In this document: one piece after another, positions 1-8,687 of the stretch | Numbering within the stretch: the first letter of the stretch is position 1 | Layout: each line of letters opens with the position of its first letter | Assembly: GCA_021789975.1 (NCBI GenBank) | Contig: JAJYIT010000013.1 | Span: 31,864-95,863 of the forward strand | DNA: 64,000 nucleotides | Direction of reading: 5' to 3' | DNA from: Bacteroidota bacterium | GTDB lineage: Bacteria > Bacteroidota > Ignavibacteria > Kryptoniales > JAKASW01 | Translations under genes and position numbers: made by a program | The notes under the pieces: generated by a model | Database searches by the model: none | Told to the model about the DNA's origin: nothing | The model's input: the letters and a program-made list of their open reading frames with translations, nothing else

Positions 1-1725
1 CTCGACTGCAACGCGACACGTGGTGAATTGGTCCTGTCGCTCGGCTTTGGACGGACTGCCTATGAAGCGGCGCACCAGGCGCTCGCATCGATCTATGATG
101 GTTTCGAAGATTCGCTGGAGAACTACATAGCGTTCTGGGAAAACTGGAATAGAGATAACTGGATGCCTAAACAAAAGGCCGCGCTCTATAATAGCAGCAA
201 AGTGGTGCTGAAATCCCATATGGACACTTACACCCCCGGTGGATTGATTGCGAGTCTTTCAATACCGTGGGGATTCTCAAAGGGGGATGATGACCTCGGC
301 GGGTATCATCTTGTGTGGCCGCGTGACATGGTTGAAGCGGCGGGAGGTCTCCTGGCAATCGGAGCAAAAGACGAAGTTCGCCAGGCACTTACGTATCTCG
401 AAGCGACGCAGGAAGATGACGGCCACTGGCCTCAGAATATGTGGATGGATGGGCGGCCCTATTGGGGGGGAATCCAGATGGACGAGTCGGCTCTGCCGAT
501 ACTTCTTGTCGACCTCGCCTACCGAAAAGGCGCGATATCAAAGGATGAGTTGGGCCGCTTCTGGCCGATGATGAAACGTGCTGCAGCTTTTGTTGTTAGA
601 AACGGTCCGGTTAGCCAGCAGGACAGGTGGGAAGAAGACCCCGGCTATACGCCTTTCACACTGGCCGCGGAAATTGCCTCGCTCGTTGTCGCAGCCGACT
701 ACGCACTCGCGATGGAAGAGGAGGAATTGTCGGACTATCTTCTCCAAACTGCGGACACCTGGAACGAGTCCATCGAGAGGTGGATTTATGTTACCGACAC
801 GAGCCTTGCAAAGAAACTCGGTATAGAAGGCTATTATGTTCGTATCTCGCCGATAGATGTCGCTGAAGCGGGATCGCCGAAAAACGGATATGTGCCGATA
901 AAGAATCGTCCTCCGGATGCTACAAATGTGAAAGCGACGCACATCATCAGTCCCGATGCGCTGGCACTCGTTCGTCTCGGACTGCGCGACGGCAACGACC
1001 CGAGAATGAAGAATACCGTGAAAGCGATTGATGAGATCCTGCTGGTCGATACTCCGACAGGGCCGTCATGGCACAGGTATAACGATGACGGCTACGGCGA
1101 GCACGAGGATGGCAGCCCGTTTGACGGGACGGGTGTGGGAAGGGCATGGCCCCTTTTGACGGGAGAACGGGCGCTCTACGAACTTGCGTGCGGCAACACT
1201 GCCGGTGCAAAAAAGATGTTGAAGACCATGGAATCATTTGCAGGCGACGGCGGCTTGCTGCCAGAACAGATCTGGGACTCGGATGACATTCCGGAAAAAG
1301 AGCTTTACTTCGGCAAACCGTCCGGGTCAGCCATGCCGCTCGTCTGGGCACACGCCGAATATGTCAAATTAGTCAGGTCACTGGAAGAAGGCTCGGCGTT
1401 CGACACCCCACCTCAAACAGTGAAAAGATACCTGGAGGAAAAGCACCCTGCCGAACATTCGTTCTGGAGATTCAACCATAAAATAAGGACTACACCGAGG
1501 GGCAGGAAGCTTCGTATCGAGGTTAACGTGCCTGCCGTTGTCCATTGGTCGCTGGATAATTGGAAGACTTCCGGAGACACCGAAACGCGAGACACCGGCA
1601 TCGGGTTACATATAGCAGACATAGACAGCTCTAAGCCGAACGAAGGCGGCAAAATTTTGTTTACCTTTTATTGGAAGGATTCAAAGAACTGGGAAGGATC
1701 GAATTTCTCGATATCAGTTGAATAA
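1..1725 (+). CDS. Glycoside hydrolase family 15 glucoamylase/glucodextranase-like enzyme, 5' end cut by window edge
   Basis: Frame 1 is open from nt 1 with no upstream stop; the ORF track starts it at TTG 28. Contains GH15-type motifs LVWPRDM and QDRWEEDPGYTPFT. Only about 565 aa are present, so the N-terminal domain lies outside the window. Confidence 0.85.
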   Translation, partial: LDCNATRGELVLSLGFGRTAYEAAHQALASIYDGFEDSLENYIAFWENWNRDNWMPKQKAALYNSSKVVLKSHMDTYTPGGLIASLSIPWGFSKGDDDLGGYHLVWPRDMVEAAGGLLAIGAKDEVRQALTYLEATQEDDGHWPQNMWMDGRPYWGGIQMDESALPILLVDLAYRKGAISKDELGRFWPMMKRAAAFVVRNGPVSQQDRWEEDPGYTPFTLAAEIASLVVAADYALAMEEEELSDYLLQTADTWNESIERWIYVTDTSLAKKLGIEGYYVRISPIDVAEAGSPKNGYVPIKNRPPDATNVKATHIISPDALALVRLGLRDGNDPRMKNTVKAIDEILLVDTPTGPSWHRYNDDGYGEHEDGSPFDGTGVGRAWPLLTGERALYELACGNTAGAKKMLKTMESFAGDGGLLPEQIWDSDDIPEKELYFGKPSGSAMPLVWAHAEYVKLVRSLEEGSAFDTPPQTVKRYLEEKHPAEHSFWRFNHKIRTTPRGRKLRIEVNVPAVVHWSLDNWKTSGDTETRDTGIGLHIADIDSSKPNEGGKILFTFYWKDSKNWEGSNFSISVE

Positions 1726-1736
1726 GGAGATCTAAA

Positions 1737-2645
1737 ATGAAAATAGGATTGATCGGGCTGGGGAAGATGGGTGCGAACATGGCGCAGCGACTGCTCAAAG
1801 GCGGGCACCAGGTAATCGGTTACGATAGAGATAAGGCAGCTGTAAAGAAAGTTGCAGACCAGGGAAATGAGGGAGCCGATTCGATAGACGAATTAGTAGA
1901 CCGGCTTCCTTCTCCGAAAGCAGTTTGGATAATGGTACCGGCGGGCAAGCCGGTCGATGATACCATCGACCTCCTTATGAAGAAGCTTAAGACCGGAGAT
2001 ATTTTGATTGACGGTGGAAATTCATATTACAGAGATTCCATTCGCAGAGCGGAGAAACTGAAGCAGGCCGGAATCGGCATGGTGGACGCAGGCGTGAGCG
2101 GCGGGATATGGGGCCTCAAGGAAGGCTACAGCATCATGGTCGGCGGCGAGCCCCGATTTGTTAATCTGCTTAAACCTATATTTGAAACTCTCGCTCCAGG
2201 AAAGGAACTTGGCTGGGGGCACGTCGGTCCCTCAGGTGCCGGGCATTTCGTGAAGATGGTACACAATGGGATTGAGTACGGCTTGATGGAAGCCTATGCC
2301 GAAGGGTTCGAATTGATGAAGAAGAAAACCGATTTTTCAATCGATCTTCACCAGGTTGCGGAGATATGGAGATACGGCAGCGTGGTCAGAAGCTGGCTTC
2401 TTGACCTTACCGCCTCCGCTCTGAATGATGACAGAGATCTCAAGTCTGTCGCTCCCTATGTTTCCGATTCAGGTGAAGGAAGGTGGACGACTCTTGAAGC
2501 GATTGAACTCGGTGTGTCCCTGCCTATTATCGGACAGTCTTTGTATGAGCGATTCGCGAGCCAGGATAGAGAGCAGTACGGAAAGAAATTACTGGCGATG
2601 ATGCGTCATGAGTTCGGCGGTCACGCTGTCGTAGAGGAGAAATAG
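1737..2645 (+). CDS. gnd: 6-phosphogluconate dehydrogenase (decarboxylating), short ~300-aa form
   Basis: N-terminal Rossmann motif MKIGLIGLGKMGANMA. The GHFVKMVHNGIEYG motif is typical of 6PGDH. AAGGAG lies 7-12 nt upstream, and the gene starts 12 nt after the GH15 stop. Confidence 0.85.
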   Translation: MKIGLIGLGKMGANMAQRLLKGGHQVIGYDRDKAAVKKVADQGNEGADSIDELVDRLPSPKAVWIMVPAGKPVDDTIDLLMKKLKTGDILIDGGNSYYRDSIRRAEKLKQAGIGMVDAGVSGGIWGLKEGYSIMVGGEPRFVNLLKPIFETLAPGKELGWGHVGPSGAGHFVKMVHNGIEYGLMEAYAEGFELMKKKTDFSIDLHQVAEIWRYGSVVRSWLLDLTASALNDDRDLKSVAPYVSDSGEGRWTTLEAIELGVSLPIIGQSLYERFASQDREQYGKKLLAMMRHEFGGHAVVEEK

Positions 2646-2646
2646 A

Positions 2647-4089
2647 ATGAACGGAAAGAAAATACCCCCATACCTTCTCGTTATTGTCGGCGGTACAGGC
2701 GACCTTGCGCGAAGAAAACTTCTTCCGGCAATTTGGAAATTGAGAGAAAGGCATCTTTCTGAGTTCAGGTTGATCGGCTCAGGCTCAGGTAAGCAGCACA
2801 ATGACGAAACATACAGAGACTTCGTCGCAAGATCGATTGAAGAGCAGGGGGTGGATCTGCGCGAGTCAGGCGATTCCTTTGACTGGTGCTACTATCAGTC
2901 CGTGGGTAGCGGGACTACCGCGGAATTTAAAGCTTTGGCTGATCGGGTCCTCCAGATCGAAAAGGAAACCGGCCTTCCCGGGAACAGGGTCTTTTATCTG
3001 GCAGTCCCGCCGGCCGTTTTTCCTAATGCCATCAAAAATCTTGGCGAAGTCGGACTCAACAAGAGCGCCGGCGAAATCAAACTTGTCGTTGAAAAGCCGT
3101 TCGGGCAGGATTTGAAGTCTGCGCGCGAGCTAAATATACTGGTACATCAATATTTCGAGGAATCGCAAATCTACCGGATCGATCATTACCTCGGCAAAGA
3201 AACGGTCCAGAACGTGCTGGCTTTCCGTTTCAGCAACGCCATGTTCGAGTCGCAGTGGAACCGCGATAGGATTCAGCGCGTGGAGATTACCGTTGCTGAA
3301 ACCGTCGGTGCCGAACACAGGGCAGGCTACTACGATCATGTCGGCGCGCTCCGCGACATGATTCAAAACCACCTTACGCAGCTGCTCACTCTGACGGCCA
3401 TGGAGGTCCCCACTGCGATTGATGCCGATTCTGTACGTCACGAGAAAGTTAAAGTGCTCCGTGCGGTGTCGCCGCTCTCACCTGAGAATGTTGTCTTCGG
3501 ACAGTATACCCGCGGGGCAGTTGGCGGCAGAGAGGTGGAAGGTTACTCGGAAGAGGAGAGAGTCGCGAAGGACTCACAAACGGAAACCTATGTCGCATTG
3601 AAATTGAACATCTCAAACTGGCGGTGGCAGGGAGTCCCGTTCATACTCCGTACAGGCAAGCGGATGTTCAAAGCGATTACCGAAGTCGCGATAACTTTCA
3701 ACAGCCCACCGGTCTCGATTTTCAGGCAGTTTTCCATAAATGAAATTCAGCCGAACAAGCTCGTTATGACCCTTCAACCGAATGAAGGTTTCGATCTTTC
3801 ATTCAAGGTAAAGGAGCCGGGTGATGTGTACAGGCTTTCATCCCAGAGACTGCATTTCCAATACTCAGAAGTTTTTGGCCGGGTGCCTGATGCCTATGAG
3901 ACTCTACTGTTTGATATTCTAAAGGGCGACCAGACGTTGTTTGTCCGGTCGGACGAAGTGGAAGCATCATGGGAACTCTACACGCCTCTTCTGTCCAGGA
4001 AGTTTCCCGTGCACAAATATGCGTCAGGAACATGGGGACCGACGGAAGCTGAACAATTGCTCGACGGTAGCAAGTGGACGACAATTTGA
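2647..4089 (+). CDS. zwf: Glucose-6-phosphate 1-dehydrogenase
   Basis: Contains the G6PD signatures GGTGDLARRKL (NADP binding), EKPFGQDL and YRIDHYLGKE. Starts 1 nt after the gnd stop. Confidence 0.95.
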   Translation: MNGKKIPPYLLVIVGGTGDLARRKLLPAIWKLRERHLSEFRLIGSGSGKQHNDETYRDFVARSIEEQGVDLRESGDSFDWCYYQSVGSGTTAEFKALADRVLQIEKETGLPGNRVFYLAVPPAVFPNAIKNLGEVGLNKSAGEIKLVVEKPFGQDLKSARELNILVHQYFEESQIYRIDHYLGKETVQNVLAFRFSNAMFESQWNRDRIQRVEITVAETVGAEHRAGYYDHVGALRDMIQNHLTQLLTLTAMEVPTAIDADSVRHEKVKVLRAVSPLSPENVVFGQYTRGAVGGREVEGYSEEERVAKDSQTETYVALKLNISNWRWQGVPFILRTGKRMFKAITEVAITFNSPPVSIFRQFSINEIQPNKLVMTLQPNEGFDLSFKVKEPGDVYRLSSQRLHFQYSEVFGRVPDAYETLLFDILKGDQTLFVRSDEVEASWELYTPLLSRKFPVHKYASGTWGPTEAEQLLDGSKWTTI

Positions 4090-4094
4090 CGCAC

Positions 4095-4817
4095 ATGAAA
4101 GAAGTATTGAAGTTCAAGACTCTTGAAGAATTGAGCCGTGCTGCCGCGAATGAAGTTCTCAAAGAAATAGAAGCGGGTATCCGTCGCAGCGGCAGGTTTA
4201 CGATTGCATTGTCAGGCGGGCATACGCCTTCCGGATTGTACAGCATACTTGCCTCAGATTATCGCGACAGGATAAAGTGGGATGCGGTCCACTTTTTCTT
4301 CGGCGACGAACGTTACGTCCCGCACACTGACAATCTCAGCAATTTCAAGATGGCTAAATTATCTTTGCTCGATGTCGTTCCCGTTCCCCGGGTGAACGTA
4401 CACGCTATACCCACAATGCTCGCAGACGCGGATGTCTCCGCAAAGAAATACGAGGAAGAGCTGCGAAAGACTTTCGCCGGAGGAACGCAGACGTTTGATC
4501 TGCTTCTCCTCGGAATGGGGAAGGAAGGGCACACTGCTTCTCTATTCCCCCGTTCTCCGGCGCTTGACGAAAAAGATAGATGGGTCTTACCCGTCGTCGT
4601 CCCGATTGTTCCGCCAGAGCGCATCACGCTGACATACGATGCTTTGAACCGGTCCCGTGCAACTTTCTTACTCGTCGCTGGCGAAGACAAGGCCGAAACC
4701 GTCGGTAAGGTGCTCGGTCGTGATGCAGATTACCACACCTTTCCTGTCAAAGGCATCCACCCGATGAGCGGGAAACTTGTGTGGTATCTCGATGCGGCAG
4801 CGGCATCGCGCCTGTAG
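4095..4817 (+). CDS. pgl: 6-phosphogluconolactonase
   Basis: ALSGGHTP and FFFGDERYVP motifs. ATG 4095 lies 5 nt after the zwf stop (4087-4089). The ORF-track start GTG 4074 would overlap zwf by 16 nt, so the start is ambiguous. Confidence 0.85.
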   Translation: MKEVLKFKTLEELSRAAANEVLKEIEAGIRRSGRFTIALSGGHTPSGLYSILASDYRDRIKWDAVHFFFGDERYVPHTDNLSNFKMAKLSLLDVVPVPRVNVHAIPTMLADADVSAKKYEEELRKTFAGGTQTFDLLLLGMGKEGHTASLFPRSPALDEKDRWVLPVVVPIVPPERITLTYDALNRSRATFLLVAGEDKAETVGKVLGRDADYHTFPVKGIHPMSGKLVWYLDAAAASRL

Positions 4818-4940
4818 CCCTAGCTCCAAAGATTTCTGAATTATTCTATCCGGAAATTCCATAAATCTCCCTCAAACTTTGAAGTCAGAGTGCTAAATTG
4901 TCTGCTCAAGCTTATCTAGTCGACGAAGAAAGATATGTAA

Positions 4941-6413
4941 ATGGGACTTCTGGATTATCTGGTGATCGGCATATTCTTCCTGTTGATGGTTTTCATAGGA
5001 TTCTATTCTTCACGGAAGGTCAAGAACTCGAATGACTTCTTTGTAGCCGGAGGGAAAGTGCCGTGGTGGTTGGCAGGGATTTCCCACCATGTATCGGGGT
5101 ACAGCGGTGTCGTGTTTGTGGCATTTGCGGGAGTAGCCTACACCTATGGCTTTACTATATACATCTGGTGGGCCGTGGGGATCACCATTGCTGTGATCAG
5201 CGGGGCGTACCTGATCGCGCCGAGATGGTGCAAGCTCAGACAGAATCTTAATATTAAGTCGCCCACCGAGTATCTGCAATCGAGGTACAATGTACCTACA
5301 CAACTGGTCACCGCGTTCAGCGGGTCTTCTTTGAAGCTGTTCGATGTGGCAGCCAAGTGGGCATCCATCGGGATACTCCTTAATGTATTTACCGGGTTGG
5401 ATGTTTTTGTTGGCGCCATGGGCACAGCGATGATCGCGCTTGCGTATACCACCGTCGGTGGGTTGTGGGCCGACCTGTATACAGATTTCGTTCAGTTCCT
5501 GATCCAGATCGCGGCGGGCATCCTGATGTTCATAACTGTCCTGGGAAAACTCGGGGGTGTGGGAGGCATTTTCGGCGTGTGGGACAGACTTCCGAAAGGA
5601 CACGGAAGTCCGTTCAATGGGCCTTACACTTTTGCCTTTTTTCTCGCCTACACATTGGTTTGCATGTTCAGCTACAACGGCGGTACCTGGAGTCTTGCGA
5701 CACGATACATCGCGTCGCCGGACGCCGAGAGCGCGAAGAAGTCCGGAGTTTTGTCAGGCGTGCTGGAGCTGGTGTGGCCACTGATTCTTTTCTTTCCTAT
5801 GTGGGCTGCACCATTGTTCATGCCGAAGCTTGCCGATCCGACAGATTCTTACGCACTGATGGTACGGGAATTCTTGCCCGCCGGCCTCGTCGGACTTGTA
5901 CTCGCCGGCATTTTCTCCGCGACACTTTCTATGGTCACTTCTGATGCAAACACAATCTCAGCCGTCATCACCAAAGACATCCTTCCGTTTTTGTCAAAGA
6001 GATTCAGAAACATGGAAGCAAAACGGGAGCTGCGGATGGCGAGGATCACGACGTTTACCTTTGTTTTCCTTACCCTAATCATTACGGCTTTCTATCGCGA
6101 GTTCGGGGGCGTTATAGGACTAATAATAACCTGGTTCGCTGCTCTCGTTGGTCCGACAGCGATTCCGATGATATTGGGCTTAATACCGTGGTTCAAGCAC
6201 AGCGACTCGAGGGCGGCAATCGCTTCTATCATCACGGGCGTTGCAGTGTTCGTTTTGATTAAAGCCGTCGGGTATCATGGAAGTGAGGCATTGACGATGT
6301 CAGCTCCGACTATCGCATCGTCACTTGTCTACATCGGAATGGGGTGGGCAAACCGGAAAAAGAAACTTCCGGAAAGGGTAGAGCTTCTTCTCGAAGGGCT
6401 TAGGTTGAAGTAG
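4941..6413 (+). CDS. Sodium:solute symporter family (SSF) transporter
   Basis: 490 aa and highly hydrophobic, with about 12-13 predicted TM segments. The N-terminus (SSRKVKNSNDFFVAGGKVPWW) is typical of SSF carriers. Substrate is unknown. Confidence 0.75.
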   Translation: MGLLDYLVIGIFFLLMVFIGFYSSRKVKNSNDFFVAGGKVPWWLAGISHHVSGYSGVVFVAFAGVAYTYGFTIYIWWAVGITIAVISGAYLIAPRWCKLRQNLNIKSPTEYLQSRYNVPTQLVTAFSGSSLKLFDVAAKWASIGILLNVFTGLDVFVGAMGTAMIALAYTTVGGLWADLYTDFVQFLIQIAAGILMFITVLGKLGGVGGIFGVWDRLPKGHGSPFNGPYTFAFFLAYTLVCMFSYNGGTWSLATRYIASPDAESAKKSGVLSGVLELVWPLILFFPMWAAPLFMPKLADPTDSYALMVREFLPAGLVGLVLAGIFSATLSMVTSDANTISAVITKDILPFLSKRFRNMEAKRELRMARITTFTFVFLTLIITAFYREFGGVIGLIITWFAALVGPTAIPMILGLIPWFKHSDSRAAIASIITGVAVFVLIKAVGYHGSEALTMSAPTIASSLVYIGMGWANRKKKLPERVELLLEGLRLK

Positions 6414-6480
6414 GAGAGTCGTTCGGACAAGATTCACCTATTTCCCCGGCGTAATATGGTGTACCACTTTGTTGAAAAAT

Positions 6481-7212
6481 CTATTCGAACTGAAGCTCGC
6501 CGAAGAATTGCGGCAAATGGAAGTTGGGCGCCGGAGAAGTAATCGGTGCCCAGCTAAGCCAGTGAGGGTGTGAGTTGTTCTCGGCACACTTGTAGAAATT
6601 AGCTTTCCATTTGCTGCCCGGATGCGGAACGAAGACCCGGGAGTAATTCTTCAGAATTTCAAATGGGATTGCGATCTCGAGAGTCCATAACGTCGGCTCT
6701 TTGATCTCTTCTTTGATGACCGGGGCCAGCGAATGGACTACTCTTATCCTGTCGCCGTCTTCCTTTCGCACGAGAACTATGTCTGTGTTCGGCGCGCTCT
6801 GATGTCCGAGCCTGACTGCTCCGCCGCAATTGACTTCCAGATTATAATAGCTTGTCGGTCGGCTGCCCTCCGGAGCGAAGAAGAACTCGACGCACGCATC
6901 TTTCCAAACCTCGCCGTTCAGCTCGCTTGCCAGGCAACGGATGAAGTTATCCCTGACCTTGAAAAGTATGTGAATGGAATTCTCATCGTAACAGATCTTG
7001 GCGCTCGTGTCCGGTTCAAAATCCATCGCCCAATGGTTGCTGTTTCCGATTTGAAGTGAGGGGCAGGAATTCCACACACTATTGTCCACAGTTCCGTCGG
7101 CTGCCGCAGACGCGTCGATCTTCTTGACTCGCCAGACGGACGGGTGAACTCCATCAGATGAGGGCAAGGGGTTTGGTCCTAATTTTTGAAGCTCTCTTTC
7201 CGTTGTTGCCAA
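6481..7212 (-). CDS. Carbohydrate-binding family 9-like (DOMON-like) protein
   Basis: 243 aa. Motifs KICYDENSIHILFKVRD, EFFFAPEG and YYNLEVNCGGA resemble CBM9-like domain proteins. The family call is from memory. Confidence 0.5.
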   Translation of the reverse strand: MATTERELQKLGPNPLPSSDGVHPSVWRVKKIDASAAADGTVDNSVWNSCPSLQIGNSNHWAMDFEPDTSAKICYDENSIHILFKVRDNFIRCLASELNGEVWKDACVEFFFAPEGSRPTSYYNLEVNCGGAVRLGHQSAPNTDIVLVRKEDGDRIRVVHSLAPVIKEEIKEPTLWTLEIAIPFEILKNYSRVFVPHPGSKWKANFYKCAENNSHPHWLSWAPITSPAPNFHLPQFFGELQFE

Positions 7213-7286
7213 ACTTGTTCTCCTTGAATGGTTAAGACATCTTCTAAGACGTCCGACAATATATCACTTTTTCTTTAATAATTTAC

Positions 7287-7315
7287 TTGACTTCCGCATA
7301 TTGTTTATGTAGCTT
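7287..7315 (+). promoter_or_regulatory. Putative sigma-70-like promoter (TTGACT-N17-TAGCTT) for the ROK regulator gene
   Basis: cTTGACTTcc at 7286-7295 with TAGCTT 17 nt downstream, 56 nt before the TTG start at 7371. The same cTTGACTT motif recurs at 23570, 28214 and 32576. Confidence 0.3.
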
Positions 7316-7370
7316 ATTTCGTGCTTCGGAATAAGTTACCACTAAATCGCGACTCGGCTACAGGCTTATT

Positions 7371-8600
7371 TTGAAAAAACAAATAAGGCGCCCTCACCAG
7401 CTATCGTCGGTCTCTAAGGGGAATGCCTCCAAGGTATTCGCCCATATTTTCCGGAACGGCAAGATTACCCAGAGGGAGATTTCTACCACGACAGGTCTCA
7501 GTTTCACCACGGTGACTTCCGTGGTATCTCGACTCGAGAAAATCGGCGTCGTGAAAAGAACCCTTGAGTCCTCCACAAACGGTGGCCGACCCGCTGCACT
7601 TTATGGATGTAATCCCGGTTACCGGCACGTGATAGGAGTGGAGGCGCGGAAAGACAAATTGTTCGTGGTTGTCTCGGATCTTGAAGGGACAGTACTGAGC
7701 CGGACCACGTTGCCGTTCGACAAGAAGATCGGGAAGGATGGCTTTCTCACGGTCCTTGTTGATGCGGTAGATGAACAGATTAAGAAATTCAAAGGCAAAC
7801 AGAGTACGTTTCTCGGAGTAGGCGTCGGAGTCGCGGGTCTTGTCAACCCGAATGATGGCAGCGTTACGATGCTTTCTCATCTTGCCAACTGGGGGACGAT
7901 TCAACTCAAGGATGTGATGGAGAAGAGATTCAGACTCAAGATCTCCGTTCACAATTTGGCCGCGGCAGCCGCGTTAGGTGAACTTCGTTACGGGTCCGGA
8001 AAGGGGAAAGGAAATTTCCTGCTCCTCAACGTCACCGATGGAGTCGGCGGTGGAATCGTTTTGAATAGCCGTCTCTACACCGGCATTTCGGGCACGGCGG
8101 GCGAGTTCGGCCATATAAGCGTAGATGATCACGGTCCTGTTTGCACCTGCGGGAATATTGGGTGCCTCGAAACCTTGACAAGCGTACCGGCCCTGGTGCA
8201 AAATGCCAGGAGGGCACTTTCGCAGGGAATTACATCTGCAATAAAAGACATTGCCGGCGGCGATCCGGATGCCGTGACTTTTCAAGTCCTTCTGGATGCC
8301 GCGAGATTGGAGGACAAGCTTGCGTACAATCTATTCACGGATGTTGGCAGATATCTGGGGGAAGGTATTGTCAGTCTCGTAAACCTGCTAAATCCGGAAA
8401 TGATTATAATAGGCGGCGACCTCGTTCAGGCGGGCGATCTTATTCTTAATCCCGTTAACGACGTTCTGAAAAGACAGGCTCTCGAAGTTCCAAGAAGGTC
8501 GGTTGAAGTGGTTTTCAGCCAACTCGGTGACAGCGCCAGCGCGCTTGGCTCTGCCGTACCACTGATCGAGGACTTTGTCGGATCGCCTTTGGACGATTAG
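7371..8600 (+). CDS. ROK-family transcriptional regulator (NagC/XylR type)
   Basis: N-terminal wHTH (ITQREISTTTGLSFTTVTSVVSRLEKIGVV). ROK sugar-kinase-like body with GVGVAGLV, the GTAGEFGH motif and the zinc motif CTCGNIGCLE. TTG start; there is no in-frame ATG near the N-terminus. Confidence 0.85.
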   Translation: MKKQIRRPHQLSSVSKGNASKVFAHIFRNGKITQREISTTTGLSFTTVTSVVSRLEKIGVVKRTLESSTNGGRPAALYGCNPGYRHVIGVEARKDKLFVVVSDLEGTVLSRTTLPFDKKIGKDGFLTVLVDAVDEQIKKFKGKQSTFLGVGVGVAGLVNPNDGSVTMLSHLANWGTIQLKDVMEKRFRLKISVHNLAAAAALGELRYGSGKGKGNFLLLNVTDGVGGGIVLNSRLYTGISGTAGEFGHISVDDHGPVCTCGNIGCLETLTSVPALVQNARRALSQGITSAIKDIAGGDPDAVTFQVLLDAARLEDKLAYNLFTDVGRYLGEGIVSLVNLLNPEMIIIGGDLVQAGDLILNPVNDVLKRQALEVPRRSVEVVFSQLGDSASALGSAVPLIEDFVGSPLDD

Positions 8601-8687
8601 ATATAAAATCTGAGCGCAATGTTGCCGTTCCACGGGACGGCAATGCTGAAGCATCGACGAACTACAAACAAACGAGAGGAGAACAAC

